Source of the DNA: Bacteroidaceae bacterium
GTDB taxonomy: Bacteria > Bacteroidota > Bacteroidia > Bacteroidales > Bacteroidaceae
Length of the DNA: 64,000 nucleotides
Assembly (NCBI GenBank): GCA_024398635.1
Contig: JAKSIV010000009.1
Location: 5,426-69,425 of the forward strand
Reading direction: 5' to 3'
Made by a program: the position numbers and the translations under genes. The first letter of the stretch is position 1; every line of letters begins with the position of its first letter. Below are positions 55,772 to 63,988 of the stretch, piece by piece. The notes beneath the pieces were generated by a model, which saw only the letters and a list, made by a program, of their open reading frames with translations, was not told where the DNA came from and ran no database searches.

Positions 55772-57097
55772 ATGTCCCTGCGCCGCCTCTACTCAACAAT
55801 CCTTTTTACAGCGCTCATATCATTGAGTGCCAGAGGCGCTGACGCCGATGACCCCACAGTCAAGCAAGGTTGGTCCGTAAACCCGATACCATCCATGGCC
55901 TACGACTCCGATTTTGGTCTGATGGCTGGCGGTATCATCGACATATACTATTACGGCGGACTCTATCCTAATTATAAACACCGCTTGTGTCTTGAAGCTC
56001 TGACATACTCCAAGCATGCCAGCTACTACATGATCCAGTATGACTCCAAGTACCTGATTCCGGGCATACGCACATCATTCAAAGCATATTTTGACGACAA
56101 CCCGCTCTATTGGTTTTACGGCTTCAACGGTGCGGTCAACGACTATGACTCCCGCCTCAATTGCAACCAGAAAGACGGCATAGCATATTACAGTCTGGAC
56201 AGAATTTTTCTCAACACACGTCTGGAACTGGGCGGCCCTCTGGGACCTTATCTGGATTGGACCTCCAAGTTCTCATATTGGCATTACTGGATATCGGAAC
56301 TTAATTGGGAGGGATATGACCGCAACAACACCCTTTTCCGTAAATACAGGCAGATGGGCCTGATCGAGGATGCCGAAGCCGATGGCGGCGATGTGATGGA
56401 ATTCCAGGTCGGGCTCAAATATGATACCCGGAACATTGAAGCCACTCCCACCCGCGGCATATATGCCGATGTAAACGTGGCCTGGGCTCCCGATATTTTC
56501 AGTACCGGTTACAACTATCTCAAACTGGCAGCAAGATTCCGCCAATATCTGAGCCTTGGGACCGAGCGTCTGGTATTTGCATACAGCCTTGCGTATCAGG
56601 GAACCGTGGCAGGCAACCAGCCATTCTACACACAGTCATACATGATCCACTTCAAGCCATCGGACGGACTGGGTGGAGCCACCACACTACGCGGTATACT
56701 TTATAACCGTATTGTTGGTGATGATTACGCATGGGGTAATTTCGAGATGCGAGCCCGCGTCTTTGACGTGAATGTATTCAAGCGCAGGGTATTTGGAGTA
56801 TTGAGTCCGTTCTTTGATGCAGGTGCCGTCTTGAGACCCTACCGTTTTGACCGTCAGGCCACCGCATTCTATGATGAATATAAGACCCAATGTGTCACTG
56901 ACAATGTGACACCCGTACCATACGACCAATACCGCTCATCACTTATGGACAAGGCCCAGGAGTTGCATATGGCATGGGGCATAGGCGGCCAGCTGGTAAT
57001 TGACTACAATTTCATTCCGTCAATCACCTTTGGCATACCTTTTGACAAAAGAGACGGTGACTTTGGTCTCTACATGGTTCTTGATTATATCTTCTGA
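55772..57097 (+). CDS. paralog of the preceding Omp85-like barrel
   Basis: Same architecture: QGWSVNPIPSMAYDSDFGLMAGG, GGATTLRGI, and an ending of VLDYIF. It starts 4 nt after the upstream stop. Confidence 0.65.
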   Translation: MSLRRLYSTILFTALISLSARGADADDPTVKQGWSVNPIPSMAYDSDFGLMAGGIIDIYYYGGLYPNYKHRLCLEALTYSKHASYYMIQYDSKYLIPGIRTSFKAYFDDNPLYWFYGFNGAVNDYDSRLNCNQKDGIAYYSLDRIFLNTRLELGGPLGPYLDWTSKFSYWHYWISELNWEGYDRNNTLFRKYRQMGLIEDAEADGGDVMEFQVGLKYDTRNIEATPTRGIYADVNVAWAPDIFSTGYNYLKLAARFRQYLSLGTERLVFAYSLAYQGTVAGNQPFYTQSYMIHFKPSDGLGGATTLRGILYNRIVGDDYAWGNFEMRARVFDVNVFKRRVFGVLSPFFDAGAVLRPYRFDRQATAFYDEYKTQCVTDNVTPVPYDQYRSSLMDKAQELHMAWGIGGQLVIDYNFIPSITFGIPFDKRDGDFGLYMVLDYIF

Positions 57098-57099
57098 TT

Positions 57100-58281
57100 A
57101 TGACAAATACTACTCCGGTCCTGCTGCTCACCGGTTATCTGGGCAGCGGTAAGACAACTTTGCTCAACCGCATACTGGCCAACAGCAAGGGTATAAAATT
57201 CGCGGTAATAGTAAATGATATAGGTGAGGTCAACATTGATGCCAGCCTTATCCAGCAGGGAGGCGTCGTAGGCATGAATGATGACAGCCTGGTTGCCCTT
57301 CAGAACGGATGCATATGCTGCACCCTGAAGATGGACCTTGTGGAGCAGCTGCGCCAGATCATTGCTCTGCACCGCTTTGATTATATCGTGATTGAGGCCA
57401 GCGGAATCTGCGAGCCCGGCCCCATTGCACAGACCATAGAATCCATACCCCGCATGGAGGCCAAGTTCACCAAGGACGGTACTCCCAAACTTGATTGCAT
57501 AGTAACGGTTGTCGACGCACTGCGCATACGTGACGAGTTCGGTTGCGGCGATGACCTGGTAAAAAAGAATATCGGCGAGGAGGATCTTGAGAACCTGGTT
57601 ATCCAGCAGATTGAGTTCTGCAACATCATCCTGCTCAACAAGGCATCCGAGGTCAGCGCCGAAGAGCTTCTGCGCATACGCAAGATTGTACGCGCCCTGC
57701 AGCCCCGCGCCCGCATACTTGAGTGTGACTATGGCGACATAGAGCTTGACGACATCCTCAATACCGGAATGTTCGATTTTGAGAAGGTTGCCACAAGCGC
57801 CACATGGATCCATGAGATTGAGAAACGCGGCGATGAACTGGAGCATCAGGACGATGACGATGATGATGAGCATGAGCATCATCACCATGACCATGAAGGC
57901 GGCGAAGTCGAGGAGTACGGAATAGGCACTTACGTCTATTACGCACGCCGTCCAATGGACCTTAACCGCTTTGACTGGTTCGTCTCAAAACGCTGGCCGA
58001 AAGGGGTCATCCGAACTAAAGGAATGTGCTATTTCACCGATGAATTCGACATTTGTTACCTGTTTGAACAGGCCGGAAAACAGATGTCTCTCAAGAATGC
58101 TGGACAGTGGTACGCCACAATGCCCGAGAACCAGTTGGCAAACATGCTGCGCTCCGACCCCACCCTTGCCGCCGACTGGGATGAAGTGTACGGTGACCGA
58201 ATGCAAAAGCTCGTTTTCATCGGGCAAAATCTGGATAAAGCCTATATTAAAAAGGAACTGGACGCCTGTCTTGTTGATTAA
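57100..58281 (+). CDS. COG0523 / CobW-family G3E GTPase (metallochaperone type) with a His/Asp-rich insert
   Basis: P-loop GYLGSGKTTLLN, metal motif GCICCT and the insert HQDDDDDDEHEHHHHDHEG. It starts 2 nt after the upstream stop. Confidence 0.85.
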   Translation: MTNTTPVLLLTGYLGSGKTTLLNRILANSKGIKFAVIVNDIGEVNIDASLIQQGGVVGMNDDSLVALQNGCICCTLKMDLVEQLRQIIALHRFDYIVIEASGICEPGPIAQTIESIPRMEAKFTKDGTPKLDCIVTVVDALRIRDEFGCGDDLVKKNIGEEDLENLVIQQIEFCNIILLNKASEVSAEELLRIRKIVRALQPRARILECDYGDIELDDILNTGMFDFEKVATSATWIHEIEKRGDELEHQDDDDDDEHEHHHHDHEGGEVEEYGIGTYVYYARRPMDLNRFDWFVSKRWPKGVIRTKGMCYFTDEFDICYLFEQAGKQMSLKNAGQWYATMPENQLANMLRSDPTLAADWDEVYGDRMQKLVFIGQNLDKAYIKKELDACLVD

Positions 58282-58294
58282 GACCCGCGACAAT

Positions 58295-58329
58295 AAAAAA
58301 GGTTCGGAATTTTTTCCGAACCTTTTTTT
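58295..58329. terminator. bidirectional rho-independent terminator
   Basis: AAAAAA-GGTTCGGAA-TTTT-TTCCGAACC-TTTTTTT, between convergent genes. Confidence 0.85.
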
Positions 58330-58349
58330 CAATTTTCAATTTTCAATTC

Positions 58350-59378
58350 TCACTTCTTGGCAGCGAGAGCCTGAGCTACGTCAACGGCGCAAGCTACTGA
58401 GCAACCTACCATAGGGTTGTTACCGATACCCAGGAAGCCCATCATCTCAACGTGTGCGGGAACCGAAGATGAACCTGCAAACTGAGCGTCTGAGTGCATA
58501 CGACCCATGGTGTCAGTCATACCGTAAGAGGCAGGACCGGCGGCCATGTTATCGGGATGCAGGGTACGGCCTGTACCACCACCTGAAGCTACTGAGAAGT
58601 AAGGCTTGCCGGCCAGTACACGCTCCTTCTTGTAAGTACCTGCAACGGGATGCTGGAAACGTGTAGGGTTAGTTGAGTTACCTGTGATGGATACGTCAAC
58701 GCCCTCCTTCCACATGATGGCTACACCCTCACGAACATCGTCGGCACCATAGCACTTAACCTTTGCGCGGGGACCGTCGCTGTAAGGAATAGTCTTTACA
58801 ACCTTGAGCTTACCGGTATAGTAGTCAAACTTGGTCTGTACATAAGTGAAACCGTTGATACGGCTGATGATCTGTGCGGCATCCTTGCCCAGACCGTTCA
58901 GGATAACACGCAGGGGCTGCTTGCGAACCTTATCGGCCTTAGCGGCAATCTTGATGGCACCCTCGGCAGCAGCGAAACTCTCGTGACCGGCCAGGAATGC
59001 AAAGCACTGAGTATTCTCAGAGAGCAGACGGGCAGCCAGGTTACCATGACCAAGACCTACCTTACGGTCATCGGCCACTGAACCGGGAATGCAGAAACTC
59101 TGAAGGCCGATACCAATGTTCTCGGCAGCCTTGACAGCGCTCTTGTCACCGGTCTTCTCACCCTCCTTGAGAGCGATGGCGCAACCTACAACGTAAGCCC
59201 ACTTGGCGTTCTCAAAGCAGATAGGCTGAGTCTCCTCACAAGCCTTGTAAGGATCGATGCCGTAACTGTCACAAATCTTGTTAGCCTCTTCTATTGAGGA
59301 GATTCCATGCTCCTTGAGAGCAGCGAGGATCTGCTTCATGCGGCGATCCTGTGATTCGAACTTCACTTCTCTAATCAT
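58350..59378 (-). CDS. GGGtGRT-family protein (function unknown)
   Basis: Contains the eponymous motif in VASGGGTGRTLHPDN. Confidence 0.8.
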   Translation of the reverse strand: MIREVKFESQDRRMKQILAALKEHGISSIEEANKICDSYGIDPYKACEETQPICFENAKWAYVVGCAIALKEGEKTGDKSAVKAAENIGIGLQSFCIPGSVADDRKVGLGHGNLAARLLSENTQCFAFLAGHESFAAAEGAIKIAAKADKVRKQPLRVILNGLGKDAAQIISRINGFTYVQTKFDYYTGKLKVVKTIPYSDGPRAKVKCYGADDVREGVAIMWKEGVDVSITGNSTNPTRFQHPVAGTYKKERVLAGKPYFSVASGGGTGRTLHPDNMAAGPASYGMTDTMGRMHSDAQFAGSSSVPAHVEMMGFLGIGNNPMVGCSVACAVDVAQALAAKK

Positions 59379-59390
59379 AGTAGTATCTCC

Positions 59391-60092
59391 TTATTCTTTA
59401 CGGGGGTCAATAATCTTAACTGCACCGGCCTCCTTGCTGAAACGTCCGTAGGTTGAAGTAACCTTCTTCAGTGCCTCGTTGGCATCGGCACCCTTCTTAA
59501 TCTCATCCATGAGCTTACCAAAGTTTATGAACTCATAACCGCAAACCTGATCGTCCTTATCGAGAGCGATACGGTTTACATAACCCTCGGCCATCTCAAG
59601 GTAGCGAACGCCCTTGGCCTTGGTGCCGTACATGGTACCAACCTGGCTGCGCAGGCCCTTACCCAGATCCTCCAGACCGGCGCCTACAATCAGACCACCC
59701 TCTGAGAAGGCGCTCTGCGAACGACCGTAAACAATCTGCAGGAACAGCTCACGCATAGCGGTGTTGATAGCGTCACATACAAGGTCAGTGTTCAGAGCCT
59801 CAAGCAGAGTCTTACCCTGCAGGATCTCGGCAGCCATAGCAGCTGAGTGAGTCATACCTGAGCAACCGATAGTCTCAACGAGAGCCTCCTCAATAATACC
59901 GTTCTTGATATTCAGAGACAGTTTGCATGCACCCTGCTGAGGAGCGCACCAACCAATACCGTGGGTATAGCCTGAGATATCCTTGATCTCCTTGGCCTTG
60001 ATCCACTTACCCTCTTCCGGAATGGGAGCGGGACCGTGCTTGGGACCTTTCTGGACCACGCACATGTTTTCAACTTCTTTTGAGTAAATCAT
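59391..60092 (-). CDS. NifU/IscU-N-like scaffold-type protein with an extended C-terminus
   Basis: GIGWCAPQQGACKLSLNIKNGIIEEALVETIGCSGMTHSAAMAAEIL resembles the IscU-like Cys layout. It lies 12 nt upstream of the GGGtGRT gene. Confidence 0.6.
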   Translation of the reverse strand: MIYSKEVENMCVVQKGPKHGPAPIPEEGKWIKAKEIKDISGYTHGIGWCAPQQGACKLSLNIKNGIIEEALVETIGCSGMTHSAAMAAEILQGKTLLEALNTDLVCDAINTAMRELFLQIVYGRSQSAFSEGGLIVGAGLEDLGKGLRSQVGTMYGTKAKGVRYLEMAEGYVNRIALDKDDQVCGYEFINFGKLMDEIKKGADANEALKKVTSTYGRFSKEAGAVKIIDPRKE

Positions 60093-60133
60093 AAATGGAA
60101 TATGGTTTTTTATGATGATTTCTTAACAGGATG

Positions 60134-60141
60134 CAAAAATA
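60134..60141 (-). promoter_or_regulatory. -7 box TATTTTTG (minus strand)
   Basis: Reverse complement of CAAAAATA. It lies 41 nt upstream of the start at 60092. Confidence 0.45.
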
Positions 60142-60184
60142 CTCTTTTTTTGTTTTTATAGAGCAGAACTTGTGTTATCTTTCA

Positions 60185-60192
60185 TAAATTTG
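60185..60192 (+). promoter_or_regulatory. -7 box TAAATTTG
   Basis: Perfect TAnnTTTG match, 27 nt upstream of the ATG at 60220. Confidence 0.45.
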
Positions 60193-60219
60193 CGGATGGA
60201 AAAACAAAAAAGAACAGCT

Positions 60220-61032
60220 ATGAAAAGAAACATATTTTGCGTTTTGTTTGCTGCGTGCCTGGTATCGGCATCCGTTGTATCATGCGACCCTATGGAACCA
60301 GCCACATACACTGAAAACTTTTTCCGTATAGCATCTGTCAAGTGTGTTGACGGCAAGGCTTCACTGGTGTTTGACTACACGCGTGAGAACTTCAACATCA
60401 GCAATTTCAAGACCGAATCGGACCTGCAGGACTTTAAGCTCAAGAACGGAGACCGTATCATAGCCCAACTGCAACTTTATGCAGTAGGCAACATGGCCAA
60501 CAACAAGCTTACCCTGCTGGATGCCACAAGGTTCCCCATTGACAAACTGGACGAATCCAAGCCTGCGGATACCCTCAATCATGACTACCGCTTTAACATG
60601 CTTACTCTGATTGACACCCAGTATCCCAACGTCTGGTCTCAGGGACATCTGGTTAATGTTGCACCCGTTTACTACGTTCCGGAATCTGATTGCAAGGCCG
60701 AATTCCATCTGTATCCACTTGACGTTAGACGTGACACGCTGATTATGCGTCTCTACTCATACATACCTGAGAACGACCTGTCACTTCGCGGATTTGCCAG
60801 CCCGGTACAGTCTCTGCTCTGCTATGACATCTCCTCTCTGAGAGATTCTGTGGCCGATGCCGACGAGAACAATCACCGCAAGAATCTGCTCAATAAGCTT
60901 ACTGCGCTCAACCGCGATACAATCATGGTACGCATATGCCAACCCGACACTCTGTGCGGAATGCTTGACACCATCTACTACGAGCGTTACGTGAAAGCAT
61001 CGGTTTCAACCAGTATCCCCTTTGATTTCTAA
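60220..61032 (+). CDS. hypothetical lipoprotein (possibly NigD-like)
   Basis: Start moved to the ATG at 60220, giving the lipobox MKRNIFCVLFAACLVSASVVSC. The family assignment is only a weak recollection. Confidence 0.6.
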   Translation: MKRNIFCVLFAACLVSASVVSCDPMEPATYTENFFRIASVKCVDGKASLVFDYTRENFNISNFKTESDLQDFKLKNGDRIIAQLQLYAVGNMANNKLTLLDATRFPIDKLDESKPADTLNHDYRFNMLTLIDTQYPNVWSQGHLVNVAPVYYVPESDCKAEFHLYPLDVRRDTLIMRLYSYIPENDLSLRGFASPVQSLLCYDISSLRDSVADADENNHRKNLLNKLTALNRDTIMVRICQPDTLCGMLDTIYYERYVKASVSTSIPFDF

Positions 61033-61041
61033 GCTCAGCCA

Positions 61042-61506
61042 ATGGCCAAGCGCACCGCGTCCAAGAACGTAAACATAAAGAACAAACGGGCAACTTTTGA
61101 CTACGAATTGCTCGACACTTGGACGGCAGGCATTGTACTCACCGGAACTGAGATCAAATCCATCCGTGACTCAAAAGCCAGCCTGGCCGATTCTTATTGT
61201 ACATTCATTAACGGTGAACTGTGGGTAAAGAACATGCATGTTGCACAGTACTTCTACGGATCGTACAACAATCACGACGCCAAGCGTGACCGCAAGCTGC
61301 TGCTAACCAAGAAAGAGCTGCGCAAACTGGCAGCCGAAAGCAAGAATCCGGGCTTTACCATCATCCCCACCCGCCTCTTCATAGGCGACAAAGGGCTGGC
61401 AAAACTCGTCATCGCGCTTGCCAAAGGTAAGCACGAGTTTGACAAACGTCAGTCAATCAAAGAAAACGAGGATAAACGCGAAATGGCCCGCGCCTTCAAA
61501 GTTTAG
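61042..61506 (+). CDS. smpB: SsrA-binding protein
   Basis: [29 protein letters not shown]...[12 protein letters not shown] is the canonical SmpB sequence. Confidence 0.9.
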   Translation: MAKRTASKNVNIKNKRATFDYELLDTWTAGIVLTGTEIKSIRDSKASLADSYCTFINGELWVKNMHVAQYFYGSYNNHDAKRDRKLLLTKKELRKLAAESKNPGFTIIPTRLFIGDKGLAKLVIALAKGKHEFDKRQSIKENEDKREMARAFKV

Positions 61507-62064
61507 CGCTTTGCGCTGAGCATCACGGCGTGAACGGCTTGCAGCCAGCCCTGACGGTTCTTTATTCTCTCATCGGGCTTCATATCCGGAATACAGATCT
61601 CACTGATCTTACGCACCTCCCTAATCTCCTGTACGGAGGTATAGATGCCGCATGCACAGCAGTTAAGGATAGCCGATCCCAGACCCGATGCCTCCTCCAG
61701 TCCCAGTCTCTTAACCGGGAAGCCCAGGATGTCGGCCTGGAACTGCATCAGGAAATCATTCTTGGCAGACTCACCGTCAATGCAGAGCTCACGCAAAGGC
61801 GTTGTCAGGTCACGCATGGCCAGTTCAACCACATCGGCCACCTGATAAGCTATAGACTCAAGGGCAGCCCTTACCACATGGGCACGGGCAACCTGCATGG
61901 TAAGACCTGTTATAGTAGCCTTGGCTTCAGGCACCCACCCAGTCTTCACGCGGGTGGTTCACCTTGTGAGGGATTATCTTGTGGTCAATCAGATTCAGTT
62001 TCTCATCGAACAGCAGCGCCTTTGATGATGATGTGCGCTGGTCAATCGTTATTATATATCTCAT
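61503..62064 (-). pseudogene. remnant of an FGGY carbohydrate kinase (glycerol/xylulose-kinase type) with a ~300-codon internal deletion and a frameshift
   Basis: The ATG at 62064 gives MRYIITIDQRTSSSKALLFDEKLNLIDHKIIPHKVNHPREDWVGA, then a TGA at 61927-61929. This is the FGGY N-terminal phosphate-1 motif with Gly replaced by Arg. ORF 61503..61949 in another frame encodes only the FGGY C-terminal region (GLT..ARAHVVRAALESIAYQ..IDGESAKNDFLMQFQADI). Confidence 0.7.
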
Positions 62065-62084
62065 TACTTGTTGATTTCAGTTTT

Positions 62085-62831
62085 TTACATGTTGTTTTCG
62101 GCCAGTTTTTCATAAGCCCGGAACAACAGATCCCGTTCCTTGTATTCCTTATATTTGCTGGTTACAAGCCGTACATAATTCAATGTCTCCGTTGCATCAA
62201 ACGGACCGTACTGGCAAACGCTGTCATTATAGACATTGGGGTCCGATAAGGACGCCAACACCGGAGCCAGACTGTTCCAGTTATATCGGTTTATACCTTT
62301 CTTGCGGGCTATACGCATGGCATCGAATATATGGTTCGAGCCGCCGTTGTAACTGCCCAGTATGTAGTTTATCCTCTCCCTGTCATTTATGAATCCGAAC
62401 AAATTGCTCAGATCATCCATGTAACGTACCGCAACCCTGACATCAAGCTCCACATTCTGAGCCATTGTATCGGGAACGCCCATCTTTGCCAGAGTATGGC
62501 GGTAAGTGGCAGGCATTATCTGCATCAGACCCTGAGCGCCACGATGTGAGCGTACAGCGGTGTCAAACTTAGACTCCACGTATGCTATCGCAGCCAGCAT
62601 TTTCCAGTCACATACGCTGTCTGCGTAGAGACGGAAAAGCGAATCAAATGGGGATATGTAAAGATTTTGCTCTTGTTTGGGATCTACCACAACCTCCTCC
62701 TCAATCGGTTCAGACGGATTTGAGCATCGCGTTCTGGTGAGGAACAGAGTCAATATCAGGGCCGCAGTAAGAAGCAGGACCAACAGCTTCCTGATATTCA
62801 TTTCGGGCCCGTTGTATTTTGTTTCAACCAT
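62085..62831 (-). CDS. lytic transglycosylase (SLT domain), membrane-anchored
   Basis: Catalytic motif AIAYVESKFD and GAQGLMQIMPATY. An alternative start is the ATG at 62801. Confidence 0.85.
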   Translation of the reverse strand: MVETKYNGPEMNIRKLLVLLLTAALILTLFLTRTRCSNPSEPIEEEVVVDPKQEQNLYISPFDSLFRLYADSVCDWKMLAAIAYVESKFDTAVRSHRGAQGLMQIMPATYRHTLAKMGVPDTMAQNVELDVRVAVRYMDDLSNLFGFINDRERINYILGSYNGGSNHIFDAMRIARKKGINRYNWNSLAPVLASLSDPNVYNDSVCQYGPFDATETLNYVRLVTSKYKEYKERDLLFRAYEKLAENNM

Positions 62832-62874
62832 TGCAAACGTCGCGTTATCAAGCGACTCAATTCAAATATCGCTG

Positions 62875-62882
62875 CAAAGTTA
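62875..62882 (-). promoter_or_regulatory. -7 box TAACTTTG (minus strand)
   Basis: Reverse complement of CAAAGTTA. It lies 43 nt upstream of the ATG at 62831. Confidence 0.45.
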
Positions 62883-62960
62883 CACCTTTTTTATAAGGTG
62901 ACACCATCCGCTAATCCGAAAATAAAAATGAAATTTTTTGCATATCCCGATAATTGACAG

Positions 62961-62968
62961 TACTTTTG
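62961..62968 (+). promoter_or_regulatory. -7 box TACTTTTG
   Basis: Perfect TAnnTTTG match, ending 8 nt before the leader-peptide ATG. Confidence 0.5.
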
Positions 62969-62976
62969 CAGTCAGA

Positions 62977-63024
62977 ATGAAACAGATAAGCTCATATCAC
63001 CATCATCATACCTGCAGATCCTGA
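62977..63024 (+). CDS. his operon leader peptide, 15 aa (MKQISSYHHHHTCRS)
   Basis: Hand translation. There are four consecutive His codons at 62998-63009. A terminator hairpin follows, and hisG is the next gene. Confidence 0.7.
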   Translation: MKQISSYHHHHTCRS

Positions 63025-63056
63025 TCGGTAGGCTATAAATGGTGTATAAATATACA

Positions 63057-63089
63057 AGAGGCTTGCCGGTTATCGGTGAGCCTCTTTTT
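63057..63089 (+). terminator. attenuator terminator hairpin plus U-tract
   Basis: AGAGGCT-tg-CCG-GTTAT-CGG-tg-AGCCTCT followed by TTTT. It ends 29 nt before the hisG ATG. Confidence 0.65.
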
Positions 63090-63117
63090 AATTACAAGAT
63101 TTAAAACAATTTACAAT

Positions 63118-63969
63118 ATGTTGAGAATAGCAGTACAGTCAAAAGGTCGTTTATACGACGAGACAATGGAGTTGCTTCAGGAATCAGGCATCAGCCTGGG
63201 AGTATCCAAAAGAACACTTCTGGTTCAGGCCGGAAACTTCCCCGTCGAGGTCCTGTTCCTTCGTGACGATGACATACCCCAGTCAGTAGCCGGCGGTGTA
63301 GCCGATGTAGGCATCGTTGGAGAGAACGAATTCGTGGAGCGCGCCGAGAAGGCCGATATCATCAAGCGTCTGGGATTCAGCCGCTGCCGTCTCTCTCTGG
63401 CTATCCCCAAGGCAATTGACTACAAAGGTCTTGAGTGGTTCAACGGCAAGAAGATTGCCACCTCCTACCCCGGAATCCTCAAATCATTCCTCAAGGAGAA
63501 AGGCATCAAGGCCGATATCCACGTCATAACCGGCTCCGTAGAGATTGCGCCCGGCATAGGTCTGGCCGATGCCATATTCGACATTGTAAGCTCAGGCTCC
63601 ACACTGGTAAGCAACAACCTGCGCGAGGTTGAGGTTGTTATGCAGTCCGAGGCACTGCTTATAGGCAATCCCAAGATGGATGCAGAGAAGAAAGCCATCC
63701 TTGAGGAGCTGCTGTTCCGCTTTGACGCAGTCAAGGCCGCACAGGGCAAGAAATACATAATGATGAACGTGCCCGATGACCGCATGAGCGAGGTCCTGGC
63801 CGAGCTCCCCGGCATCAAGAGCCCCACGGTAATGCCTCTGGCAACCAAGGGCTGGAGCTCAGTTCACACCGTACTTGATGAGAAACGTTTCTGGGAAATC
63901 ATAGGCAAGCTCAAGGCCGCAGGTGCCGAGGGCATACTTGTTCTCCCCATTGAAAAGATGATATTATGA
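63118..63969 (+). CDS. hisG: ATP phosphoribosyltransferase, long form
   Basis: MLRIAVQSKGRLYDETMELL..., DIVSSGSTL, and a C-terminal regulatory domain. The start is moved to the ATG at 63118. Confidence 0.9.
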   Translation: MLRIAVQSKGRLYDETMELLQESGISLGVSKRTLLVQAGNFPVEVLFLRDDDIPQSVAGGVADVGIVGENEFVERAEKADIIKRLGFSRCRLSLAIPKAIDYKGLEWFNGKKIATSYPGILKSFLKEKGIKADIHVITGSVEIAPGIGLADAIFDIVSSGSTLVSNNLREVEVVMQSEALLIGNPKMDAEKKAILEELLFRFDAVKAAQGKKYIMMNVPDDRMSEVLAELPGIKSPTVMPLATKGWSSVHTVLDEKRFWEIIGKLKAAGAEGILVLPIEKMIL

Positions 63970-63975
63970 CCCATT

Positions 63976-63988
63976 GGGGACTGTCCCC
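63976..63988. repeat. palindrome GGGGACTGTCCCC just after the hisG stop (the element may continue beyond the window)
   Basis: Read directly. It has the same GGGGnC-T-GnCCCC design as the elements at 8104 and 8168. Confidence 0.6.

Noticed and set aside
57085-57894. 269-aa ORF on the minus strand.
   Set aside because: It is entirely antisense to the well-supported COG0523 GTPase gene. Its composition is low complexity (runs of Met/Ile/Val mirroring the His/Asp tract), and it has no start context or family resemblance. It is a shadow ORF.
57841-57900. A His-codon-rich stretch that could be mistaken for a his-type leader.
   Set aside because: It lies inside the COG0523 coding frame and encodes the metal-binding His/Asp insert typical of that family.
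58330-58352. Three tandem AATTTTC/AATTCTC heptamers after the terminator.
   Set aside because: The tract is too short and too AT-rich to distinguish from chance. It overlaps the stop region of the GGGtGRT gene, and no second copy is seen in the window.
61530-62249. 239-aa plus-strand ORF.
   Set aside because: It is antisense to the FGGY remnant and to the 3' part of the lytic transglycosylase gene, and it has no motif support.
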